Both the position numbers and the translations under genes were made by a program. This document shows positions 39,266 to 47,855 of a stretch of DNA of 64,000 nt, one piece after another. The DNA lies in assembly GCA_963746865.1 (NCBI GenBank), contig CAVVDB010000007.1:128846-192845 (forward strand). Reading direction: 5' to 3'. Source of the stretch: an uncultured Chloroflexia bacterium (GTDB lineage: Bacteria > Chloroflexota > Limnocylindria > Limnocylindrales > CSP1-4). The notes beneath the pieces are model-generated. The model saw only the letters and a list, made by a program, of their open reading frames with translations, was not told the DNA's origin and did not search any database. Every line of letters begins with the position of its first letter. Position 1 is the first letter of the stretch.

Positions 39266-40141
39266 ATGACCGCTCAGGCACCTAGACCAGGCCTGGGCGG
39301 TCTTCCGCATTCCGGGGCGGGCGCGCGGCCGCGGCCCAAGGCCCGACCCAGGAAGCGGCGGTTCTCCGATCCGGGCCGGACCTGGGCGAAGCGCCTCGAG
39401 CGCTACCGGCCAGGCCTCGTGCCGTACGTGCTCGACGAATTGGCCGGGGCCTACGGGCGGCCGACCTGGCAGCGCCGGCTCGATCCGACCAGCGAGCTGA
39501 TCCTGACCATCCTCACCCAGAACAGCGCCGACACCAATGCCGAGGTCGCGTTCGAGGCGTTGCGCGCGCGGTACCCGGGCGACGGCGCGGTCCAGGCCCA
39601 TAACCCGGGCGCCGGCTGGGGCGGCGACGGGCTGCCCGACGGGGTGGCGCCGGACTGGGCCGCGGTCGAGTTCGCGCCACTCCCCGAGCTGGTCGACACG
39701 ATCCGGCCGGGCGGCCTCGCCAACCAGAAGGCGCCCCGGATCCAGGCGACCCTGCGCCACATCCGCGAGCAGCGCGGCGACTACGCCCTCGAATTCCTGG
39801 GCGAGATGACCGCCCTCGACGCCCGCGACTGGCTGGTCGCCATCGACGGCATCGGCAAGAAGACGGCCTCGGTGCTGCTCCTGTTCAGCTTCGGCCTGCC
39901 GCTCATGCCGGTGGATCGGCACGTGGAACGGGTCGCCCATCGGGTCGGGTTGATCGGACCCAAGGTGTCGGCCGATGACGCCCATGATCTGTTCCTCGGG
40001 ATGCTCGAGCCGGACCAGATGTACGAGGCCCACGTGAACCTCATCCAGCACGGACGGGTGGTCTGTCACGCTCGCCGGCCCGACTGCGCCGCCTGTCCGC
40101 TGCGGCCCCGCTGCCGGTTCGTCGACCCCCGGGCGCCCTGA
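39266..40141 (+). CDS. endonuclease III-like HhH-GPD base-excision DNA glycosylase with 4Fe-4S cluster loop
   Basis: LILTILTQNSADTNA, IDGIGKKTASVLLLF, PVDRHVERV, CHARRPDCAACPLRPRC. Confidence 0.8.
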   Translation: MTAQAPRPGLGGLPHSGAGARPRPKARPRKRRFSDPGRTWAKRLERYRPGLVPYVLDELAGAYGRPTWQRRLDPTSELILTILTQNSADTNAEVAFEALRARYPGDGAVQAHNPGAGWGGDGLPDGVAPDWAAVEFAPLPELVDTIRPGGLANQKAPRIQATLRHIREQRGDYALEFLGEMTALDARDWLVAIDGIGKKTASVLLLFSFGLPLMPVDRHVERVAHRVGLIGPKVSADDAHDLFLGMLEPDQMYEAHVNLIQHGRVVCHARRPDCAACPLRPRCRFVDPRAP

Positions 40142-40201
40142 CCCCGCCGAAGGTAGTGGTGCGCGGGTGCCGCATCGTAAGGTGGAATGTAAGGTCGTTG
40201 T

Positions 40202-40906
40202 GTGGTACTGATGCGCCCACCGACCAATGCAACCAGGGGCATGATCATCCGTAACCATCCGCCCGCCCGCTCCGGACCCCACCCCCGACTCTCGTTTCGA
40301 CGCCGTCGCGCGCCCGATGACAAGGGTCAGGTGCTGGTCGAATTCGCCCTCGTCATCCCGATCTTCCTGCTGCTGTTCATGGCCATCGTGGAGTTCGCGT
40401 TCGTCTTCAACGCGATCCTGTCGGTCAACTTCGCGGCCCGCAATGCCGCGCTGATCGCCGCCGAAGCCGGGAACGCGATCAACTCCGACTGCATCATCCT
40501 GGCCAGCGTCGAGAGCGACGTCCAGGCACCGGCGGACCGCGCCCGGATCAACCAGGTCGAGATCTATCGGTCGACCCTGACCGGCGCCGTGTGGGGCGGC
40601 AGCACGCCCACGACCTACGTGCGAAGCGGGAGCAAGACCTGCACCTATCCCGACCGGCCGCCGATCACGGTGCCGTACCAGCTCGCGTCCGGCGGCGGCG
40701 CCGACGGCTATCCCGAGATCGACCGCTGCAACATCCTGAAGGGCTGCAAGCCGGACACCCACGGTGTCACCCACACCGGTGTCGATCACGTCGGCGTGCG
40801 GATCAGCTACAACCACCAGTACAAGACGCCGATCCGGACCCTGTTCAGCGGCCCTAGCCTGAGCTTCGACCGGGCCAACAGCATGCGCATGGAGCCCGTC
40901 CTGTGA
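40202..40906 (+). CDS. TadE-like protein (start uncertain)
   Basis: GQVLVEFALVIPIFLLLFMAIVEFAF signature. Alternative ATG starts at 40211 and 40241. Confidence 0.75.
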   Translation: MVLMRPPTNATRGMIIRNHPPARSGPHPRLSFRRRRAPDDKGQVLVEFALVIPIFLLLFMAIVEFAFVFNAILSVNFAARNAALIAAEAGNAINSDCIILASVESDVQAPADRARINQVEIYRSTLTGAVWGGSTPTTYVRSGSKTCTYPDRPPITVPYQLASGGGADGYPEIDRCNILKGCKPDTHGVTHTGVDHVGVRISYNHQYKTPIRTLFSGPSLSFDRANSMRMEPVL

Positions 40907-41584
40907 GCCGCCTCGGGCAGCTCCGTCGGGCTCGAGCCCAGCGCCGCGAGGAAGGCCAGAGCCTGGTCGAGTTCGCGCTGATCCTGACCGTCCTCCTGCT
41001 CCTCCTGTCGGGGATGCTCGAGTTCGGTCTCATGTTCGACCAGCACCAGACGCTCGAGACCGCGACGCGCGAAGGCGCCCGCGTCGGGATCCGCCCTGAC
41101 GAACGGCGGCGGCGACCTCGGCTGCGACCTCGCCCAGGGCCAGTCGCCCGATCGCGACCTCGTCGACCCGCAGATCATCGCCGCCATCCAGCGCGTGCTC
41201 GTCTCGCCGGGGTCGCGGGTCAAGCCGGACAAGGTCACCGAGATCAAGATCTACAAGGTGCTCCTCGGCTCGAGCGGGAGCCCGAACACGACCGGCAACC
41301 AGGACGGGACCGGCAACACCAACGCCAGCATCTGGGTGTACAGCGCCGGGGGTGGCCCGACGGTCGACGGTGCGAATCTCAACTTCCGGATGAAGCCGGG
41401 AACCTCGGACGGGTATCCGGCCTGCACCCGATCCAACGGCAGCCCAGTGCATTCGATCGGGGTCAGTCTGCAGTACACGTACGACCTGGTCTCGCCGCTG
41501 CCGTCCGTCCTGCGGTTCTTCGGCGGCGGCCCGACATCGATCCAGATCACCGACCGAACCATCATGGCCATGAACCCGAGTTGA
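40903..41584 (+). pseudogene. TadE-like protein, one apparent frameshift near 41090
   Basis: GQSLVEFALILTVLLLLLSGMLEFGL in the frame of 40903 (GTGA overlap with the upstream stop). C-terminal part in ORF 41195..41584. Confidence 0.7.
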
Positions 41585-41589
41585 GTGAG

Positions 41590-44055
41590 ATGCCCACCTC
41601 CGACCAGCCCGTCGTGACCGCCCCGAAGTCGAAGCGTGACAAGCGCGCCCGCGGCCAGATCATCGTCATCTTCGCGGCCTCGATCATCGTGTTCATGGGC
41701 CTGTCGGCCATCGTCATCGACGTGTCGTGGTTCCTGTCGAGCCAGATCCGGATGCAGCGCGCGGCCGATGCCGCGGCGCTCGCCGGCGTCGTCCTGCTGC
41801 CCGGCAACGTGCCCGGCGCGGTGACCCTGGCCCGGACCGAAGCGTCGCGCAACGGCTTCACGTCAGGCGTGAACGGGATCACCGTCACCCCGACCCAGGA
41901 CGCGCAGAGCACCCGCCGGATGCAGGTCGTGATCAACGGCCCGGTGAACACCTACTTCGCGCGCGTCCTCGGATTCACCTCGTTCAACGCCAACGTGATG
42001 TCCAAGGCGGAGTACATCCTGCCGGTGCCGATGGGCAGCCCGGAGAACTACTACGGCGTGTTCGGCTTGACCCGAGGGTTGACCGAGACGACGACCACGA
42101 CCGTCACCACCATCGACCCGAGCACCGACGATTCGGGCTTCCGTGTGGCTACCACGTCACCGCTCACGGCCGGGCCGGCGGTCGGCTGGACCACCGTCAA
42201 CCCCACCCCGCCGCCGGCGCCGCCACCGACCGAGCCGTACCGGGTGACTGCCGTACAGGCGAACGGAAACTCCGGGAGCCCGCACCTGTCCACACCGACA
42301 AACGGAGCGATCCAGGTCTTCGGTGGATTCGACCTGACACCGACCCTCGCGACCGGAGAGGTCGTGACCGGGATCCGTGGTGTGGAGGTTTACCTCGACG
42401 ACGCCTGGATCTCCAATACCTGCAACCCCGGTCCGAACCGGATCCAGGTGCAGGTGTCCGAGAACGCCGGCGCGGCGACGCCGAACTGGACAGGCCCCGT
42501 CAATGACAACGAGACTGGGAACCTGGCCGTGGGCAACCCCGGGAACGACTATATCTTCGGCAGTCCGAACAACTTCGGTGATTGGCTCCTGACCGGCGGC
42601 CGCACGTGGTCACCGGGCGTGGGAGGCGTGGCCGATTTCAGCACGACCAACTTCGCTGTCCGCTTGACCGCCGTGAAGAGTGCATGCGGTGCGGCTCCCG
42701 AGATCCGCCTGGATGAGCTGCGGGTGGTGGCCTACTACAACACGACGATCCCGGTCACGACCACGACCACGACCACCACGCCGGTTGCGGACATCAATCT
42801 CCAGGGACCCGGCACGGCCTGCAATCTTGGCGTCGCGAGCTGCGCGAAGGCGGACGGCGCGATCCTCAACCCGCGCGGGTTCTGGGGCACGCTCAATAGC
42901 CAGGGCGCGGAGAACGTGAACGGCGACGCGCACCAGCCGTACTACGACACGCGCACCGGCCAGGTCTCACCGGGTTGCGGCACGATCACGGCCGTGCGCG
43001 CGTGCTATGACCCCAACGAGTACTACAACTATGCCGTCGAGGTCCCACAGGGGGCGACGGGCAACGTCTGGATCTACGACCCCGGCTTCTGCGACGTCAA
43101 CACGGACCGGGGCACCGGTGACCGCTGGTTCGGCGGGACGGCCGGCGTGACGACGACGTACGAGGTGTGGGACACCAACAACACGCTGTACGACCGGGGC
43201 GACGATGGCGTCGGCTTCGTCGGCACCACGCCGAATGCGACGTCGGGCGGCCTGTTCCGCAACATGAGCGCGGGCGACAGCACGATGGGTGGCGACACGA
43301 GCGTGAATGAATGCCTCTACGAGACTGACGACACCTATGGCGATGGCCGCGACTACCACAACCGCTGGTACCTGCTTGCCTCCGGTCTGCCCGGCGGCGT
43401 CGGCGGGCCGAAGATCTATCGCGTTCACACCACCGCGACGGACCCGGCCAATGTGACCCAGCAGCGCGGCACCAACGCCGAGAACAGCTTCGCGATCTAC
43501 GCGTCGGCGTCGAGTGGCACACCAAGGGTCTACGGCCTGGGTGCCATGCAGGCGTTCACGCCGCTGAAGTCGGCGGGCGGCACCGAGTCGTCCGAGTTCT
43601 ACCTCGCCCAGATCGAGAAGGTCCACGCCGGCAAGACGGTCGAGATCTCGCTCTGGGACCCGGGTGACACGAACCCGCTGACGGCCTCCATCGAGATCCT
43701 GATCCCGAATGGCGCGAGCTCATGGACGGCGACCCCGGTCACCTACACCGCCTCGACGGGGACGAACAACTCGGGTCGGGCCGATGGCACCGGCGGCAAA
43801 CCGAACTGCAACACCAACAGCCGCACCAGCGAGAGCACGACCCCGATCAACACGTTCACCTCGGGTGGCAACACCACCGGCAGGTTCAACGGCTGCTGGC
43901 TGGTGATCCAGGCGGTCATCCCCGACGCCTACCAGGCCCTCGCACAGGGCTGGTGGAAGATCAAGTACACGATGACCGGCAACGGCGTCTCCAACGACGT
44001 CACGACCTGGAAGGTCCAGATCCTCGGCAACCCGGTCCACCTCATCGTCAACTAA
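41590..44055 (+). CDS. large TadG-like surface protein (821 aa) with Thr-rich linkers
   Basis: From ATG 41590 within ORF 40903..44055. QIIVIFAASIIVFMGLSAIVIDVSWF is a Tad N-terminal anchor. TETTTTTVTT and VTTTTTTTTP tracts. The large C-terminal region has no family I can name. Confidence 0.7.
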   Translation: MPTSDQPVVTAPKSKRDKRARGQIIVIFAASIIVFMGLSAIVIDVSWFLSSQIRMQRAADAAALAGVVLLPGNVPGAVTLARTEASRNGFTSGVNGITVTPTQDAQSTRRMQVVINGPVNTYFARVLGFTSFNANVMSKAEYILPVPMGSPENYYGVFGLTRGLTETTTTTVTTIDPSTDDSGFRVATTSPLTAGPAVGWTTVNPTPPPAPPPTEPYRVTAVQANGNSGSPHLSTPTNGAIQVFGGFDLTPTLATGEVVTGIRGVEVYLDDAWISNTCNPGPNRIQVQVSENAGAATPNWTGPVNDNETGNLAVGNPGNDYIFGSPNNFGDWLLTGGRTWSPGVGGVADFSTTNFAVRLTAVKSACGAAPEIRLDELRVVAYYNTTIPVTTTTTTTTPVADINLQGPGTACNLGVASCAKADGAILNPRGFWGTLNSQGAENVNGDAHQPYYDTRTGQVSPGCGTITAVRACYDPNEYYNYAVEVPQGATGNVWIYDPGFCDVNTDRGTGDRWFGGTAGVTTTYEVWDTNNTLYDRGDDGVGFVGTTPNATSGGLFRNMSAGDSTMGGDTSVNECLYETDDTYGDGRDYHNRWYLLASGLPGGVGGPKIYRVHTTATDPANVTQQRGTNAENSFAIYASASSGTPRVYGLGAMQAFTPLKSAGGTESSEFYLAQIEKVHAGKTVEISLWDPGDTNPLTASIEILIPNGASSWTATPVTYTASTGTNNSGRADGTGGKPNCNTNSRTSESTTPINTFTSGGNTTGRFNGCWLVIQAVIPDAYQALAQGWWKIKYTMTGNGVSNDVTTWKVQILGNPVHLIVN

Positions 44056-44067
44056 CGGGGGCGGCCC

Positions 44068-44090
44068 GGGCCGGCACGGGGAGCCGGCCC
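44068..44090 (+). terminator. GC-rich hairpin after the TadG-like gene (no U tract)
   Basis: GGGCCGGC-ACGGGGA-GCCGGCCC, 13 bp after the stop. Confidence 0.3.
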
Positions 44091-44190
44091 CGGCCCGCGC
44101 TCACCCCGCGGCCGGTCCACGGCCCGTGCCGCGGCCGCGACCCCATCTGCATCCCGTCCGCGGCCCCAAGCCCAGTTCCATCGCGGCCGC

Positions 44191-44240
44191 ATGCATCTCA
44201 CTCATGAGATTCGCGTCCTGCACGCTGGACGGTGGGTCGC
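44191..44240 (+). repeat. family A left-arm-only half copy
   Basis: ATGCATCTCACTCATGAGATTCGCGTCCTGCACGCTGGACGGTGGGTCGCC matches the left arm, then diverges. Confidence 0.8.
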
Positions 44241-44260
44241 CGCACACGCCCGCCGCGGCC

Positions 44261-44375
44261 GCATGCATCTCACTCATGAGATTCGCGTCCCACACGCTTG
44301 ACGGTGGGTCGATTCCGACGGAATCGGGGGGTGGCCACGCTCATTCGAGGCGATTCCTATGCCTCAGATGCATGC
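44261..44375 (+). repeat. family A palindromic repeat, copy 5 (core 44263-44373, 111 bp)
   Basis: ATGCATCTCACTCATGAGATTCG...CGATTCCTATGCCTCAGATGCAT. Ends 9 bp before the stop of gene 44382..45179. Confidence 0.9.
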
Positions 44376-44381
44376 GGCCCG

Positions 44382-45179
44382 TCAGCGGGGACGAGATCGA
44401 GTGGCCCGCATGAAGGCGGCATAGTCGGCATAGGGTGCGGCCTGCCGTCGGCCGTCGAGCCGGAGCGGTCGAAGCCAGGCCTGCCGTCGGGACTGCGGGT
44501 CGATCATCGCGACGGCCCGGCCGCGGCCGACCTGTGTGCCCTCGCCGGCGACCAGGGCAGACAGGTCGCGAGCTCGCAGCGGGAATCCGGTGGCGAACGT
44601 CGTCCGGTTCGCGACCACACGGTCATCGTTGGCTTCGGTGGCGAGCAGGAGCAGCGATCCGAGGATGCGACGAGGCTGCCACCCGCGCCGTCGGGCCGCC
44701 GTGACCGCGTCCCGCTCGTACCAGCTCAGCGAGCGCTCGATGGCGCCCAGGTCGTGGATCTCCGTCTTGACCTCGATCACGAGGAGCAGCCCGGTCGGCG
44801 GGTGATAGGCGAGCACATCGATGAATCCACGGGACCGGTTGCCCCCGATCTCGACCTCCGTGTCGACCTCCCAACCGTCGCGACGCAGCCGCCTCGCGAT
44901 GTAGGCCGTACACAGCGCGTGCGCAGGCTCCTTCTGACGCTGCCGATCGCCGAGGAACGGGGCGTCCACGGTGATGACCAGTCGCGCGCCCATCGCGGCG
45001 AGCAGGCGTTCAGCCGTGTCGATGGTCAGGTCGTCCTGACGGCCGTGCTCGATCCGCGAGACGGCCGACTGCGACAGGCCGACTCGCCCACCAAGCTCCC
45101 GCTGAGGCCAGCCGATCGCCCTGCGGATGGTGGCGACGGCATCTCCCACGATCAGGCGGCCAGGTTGGTCGATCGGCAT
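44382..45179 (-). CDS. XRE-family HTH protein with a C-terminal PD-(D/E)xK-like nuclease-fold motif
   Basis: 265 aa. HTH QRELGGRVGLSQSAVSRIEHG. GFIDVLAY...LLLVIEVKTE gives D...E-x-K spacing typical of restriction-endonuclease-like folds. Paralog at 52987..53640. Confidence 0.6.
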   Translation of the reverse strand: MPIDQPGRLIVGDAVATIRRAIGWPQRELGGRVGLSQSAVSRIEHGRQDDLTIDTAERLLAAMGARLVITVDAPFLGDRQRQKEPAHALCTAYIARRLRRDGWEVDTEVEIGGNRSRGFIDVLAYHPPTGLLLVIEVKTEIHDLGAIERSLSWYERDAVTAARRRGWQPRRILGSLLLLATEANDDRVVANRTTFATGFPLRARDLSALVAGEGTQVGRGRAVAMIDPQSRRQAWLRPLRLDGRRQAAPYADYAAFMRATRSRPR

Positions 45180-45258
45180 CGCCGATTCATAGCAAGGGGC
45201 GCTTATCCGGCACGTATCCGGCGCTCACCTCGCCGCCATACCGGTGTCGCGACGGGCG

Positions 45259-45373
45259 GTATGCATCCTGCTCATGAGAATCGGCTCGAACGAGCGTGGC
45301 CACCCCCGACTTCTGACGGAATCGGCACACCGTCAAGCGTGTACGACGTGAATCTCATGAGTGAGATGCATGC
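45259..45373 (-). repeat. family A palindromic repeat, copy 6 (core 45261-45371, 111 bp)
   Basis: ATGCATCCTGCTCATGAGAATCG...GAATCTCATGAGTGAGATGCAT. Centre is inverted relative to copy 5. Confidence 0.9.
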
Positions 45374-45427
45374 GGCGGCGGCGGCGGGCGGGGAGGCGCG
45401 GCGGGCCCGCCCTCGTCACGTTGGGCG

Positions 45428-45542
45428 GTATGCATCCTGCTCATGAGAATCGGCTCGAACGAGCGTGGCCACCCCCGACTTTTGACGGAATCGGCACACC
45501 GTCAAGCGTGTACGACGTGAATCTCATGAGTGAGATGCATGC
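45428..45542 (-). repeat. family A palindromic repeat, copy 7 (core 45430-45540, 111 bp)
   Basis: Differs from copy 6 at one position that I could see (CTTCTGACGG vs CTTTTGACGG). 169-bp period. Confidence 0.9.
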
Positions 45543-45616
45543 GGCGGCGGCGGCGCGCGGCGGCGGCGGCGGGCGACGCGGCGGCGACGGGCGCACGCGG
45601 CGGCGACGGGGGCGGG

Positions 45617-47067
45617 CTACAGATCCGAGGCGGGCTCCCCGGGGAGCGTCAACCGGAACGAGGCGCCACGGTCCACGGCCGCCGGGTCCAGCACCAGGTC
45701 CCCACCCATCCCGCGCATCAACGCCCGAGACACATACAACCCCAGCCCGCTGCCATTCCCGCTCGTCCGGCCCGCGACCCCCCGCTCGAACCGGCCGAAG
45801 AGCCACGCCCGGTCGCTGTCGTCCAGCCCCCGCCCGTGGTCGGTGATGGTCGTCCACAACGACCGCGCCCCCACATCCACCCCGATCTCCACGACCACGA
45901 CCCCCTCGCCGTACTTGACGGCGTTGTCCAGCAGCGCCCACAACACCTGGTCCAGCTGGTCGCCGTCGGCCACGGCCAGCCAGTCGGCGGCCCCGTCACG
46001 CAATTCCATGGCGCGGTCGCCGACCCCCAGCGCCTCCCAGGCCCGCAGGATCCGTGGCGCGATCGCCAGCACGTCGGCATTCGGCCGCGGCGGCTGCGAC
46101 TCCAGCCGGCTCACCAGCAACAGCTGCTGGACCATCCGCGTCAGGCGATCGGTCTGCTCCGAGATCACCGTCAGCCGCGGATCCGCGCCGCGCCACCGCC
46201 ACCGCCACCGCCACCGCCACCGGCGGCCAGCGCCTCGGCATTCGACTTGATCGAGGTCAACGGCGTCTGCAGGTTGTGGCTGACGCCGCGCAGGAAGTCG
46301 TCCTTGACCTCGCTCAGCCGGCGCAACTGGACGTTCTTCTCCTGGACCTGGCCGAACAGCTCCGCATTCCGGATCGCCACGCTGATCTCGATCGCGTAGA
46401 GATCCAGCAGCGCCTGGTCGGCCCGTTCCCAGGTCTGGGTGGCCGGAAGCACGGCCAGCAGCAACCCCATCCGCTCGTCGCCGGCCCGCAGCTCGGACCG
46501 GATCGGCACCGACACGCCCGGGATCCGCTCCTCCTCCTCGACGCTGTCGGGGTCCACGAAGCGCAGCTCGGCCGAGATGAACCCGAACGCCGTCTCGGCG
46601 TCGCGCGCGGCACGCTCGGCCAAGGCAACGGGCCCGTCGCGCGGCTCGGCCGATTCGACCGCCGCCAGGATCAGCCCCAGTTGTCGATTGCGACGCTGGG
46701 TGTCGCCGGCGAGTCGGTTGTGGCTCTCGGCCAGTTGGGCGAGCACGTCGCTGCCCTGGACCGGGATCGGCTGGCTCAGGTCGCCGGCCGAGACCCGCGA
46801 CACCGCACGCGAGATGTCGCGCAGCGGCCTGACGAGATCGAGCCCGATCGCCGCGCCACCCACGATCCCGACCGTCACCGCGATGGCGAACATGAACAGC
46901 AGGAGCCGCGAGCCGACCTGCGCATCGACCGCCCCGGTGGCGATCACCAGGATCCCGAAGATCCCGAGCGGGATGATCGCGGCGGCCAGGATGGTCAGGG
47001 TCAGGCGTGTCTGGAAGGAGAGGACGCGACGCTCGGGGGTGGGCTCGGGGGTCGGCGAGGGGATCAT
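45617..47067 (-). pseudogene. sensor histidine kinase (TM-HAMP-GAF-like-HisKA-HATPase), frame break next to a poly-Gly microsatellite
   Basis: ORF 46171..47067 ends ...FLRGVSHNLQTPLTSIKSNAEALAAGGGGGGGGGGAARIRG. ORF 45617..46168 continues [LT]VISEQTDRLTRMVQQLL...LDNAVKYG...GSGLGLY. A 1-nt indel near 46184-46190 joins them. Confidence 0.85.
46192..46221. repeat. hexanucleotide microsatellite (GCCACC)x5, i.e. (GGTGGC)x5 on the coding strand, encoding Gly10
   Basis: Read directly. Lies between the H-box helix and the following helix of the kinase DHp domain. Confidence 0.9.
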
Positions 47068-47077
47068 CCCTGTCCCG

Positions 47078-47809
47078 TCATGGCTCCGTGGCGGACGACA
47101 CCAGGCGATAGCCGACGCCGCGCACGGTGATCAGGTGGCGCGGGTGGTTCGGGTCGGTCTCGAGCTTCTGGCGGAGGCGCCGCATCGTGACCCAGACATA
47201 GGACGGCTCGGCCTCGTCGGTGACGGCCCAGCCGCGGTTGAGGAGCGTTTCCGTGGTGACCGTCTGGCCGAGGTTGGCGGCCAGGGCGAAGAGCAGCCGC
47301 GACTCCGTGGGGGTCAGCTGGACCGGCTGGCCGGCGACGACCGCCTGGCGTTTATGCAGTTCGAGGGAGAGATCCGGCCCCAGATCGAGCCCCTTGCGGG
47401 GGACGCGCTCGCCGACCCGGCGAAGGACCCGCTGGATTCGAGCCCGCAGCTCTGCATAGTTATACGGTTTGGTGACGTAGTCCTCGGCGAACTCGTCGAG
47501 CAGGTCGGCCTTGTTGTCGCCGGCATCGATGGCCGACAGGACGATGATCGGCAGGTCGGCGCGGGCCTTGACCTCGCGGGCGAGGGTCAGGCCGTCCATC
47601 CGCGGCATCAGCAGGTCGATGATCAGGAGGTCGGGCCAGGCGAGATCGAGCCGGCGGAGGGCCTCGTCGCCGTCGCGGGCCGTGGTGACATCGAAGCCGT
47701 CCAGCCGAAGCTGCTCGGCGAGCGGCACCAGCAGATCGCGGTCGTCGTCCACGAGCAGGATCCTTGGGGCCACAGGCCCGTGGGCCCTCGACGGCGCGCC
47801 GTTGAACAT
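47078..47809 (-). CDS. OmpR/PhoB-family response regulator
   Basis: 243 aa. ILLVDDD, DLLIIDLLMPRMDG, winged-helix LTPTESRLLFAL...ITVRGVGYRL. Confidence 0.9.
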   Translation of the reverse strand: MFNGAPSRAHGPVAPRILLVDDDRDLLVPLAEQLRLDGFDVTTARDGDEALRRLDLAWPDLLIIDLLMPRMDGLTLAREVKARADLPIIVLSAIDAGDNKADLLDEFAEDYVTKPYNYAELRARIQRVLRRVGERVPRKGLDLGPDLSLELHKRQAVVAGQPVQLTPTESRLLFALAANLGQTVTTETLLNRGWAVTDEAEPSYVWVTMRRLRQKLETDPNHPRHLITVRGVGYRLVSSATEP

Positions 47810-47855
47810 GGCCCCGAGTATAGGCGGGCCCCCTCACCCCTCATCGAGGCGCCGG

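Noticed and set aside
44298-45446. 382-aa plus-strand ORF overlapping the HTH-nuclease-like gene
   Set aside because: It starts and ends inside family A repeats and is antisense to a gene with a clear XRE HTH. Its composition is Arg/Pro/Gly-rich.
45541-45612. GCG-rich triplet tract (GCGGCGGCGGCGGCG...) as a microsatellite
   Set aside because: It is imperfect and interrupted, non-coding, and appears to be part of the GC-rich flank of the family A copies. A similar tract follows the copy at 45372.
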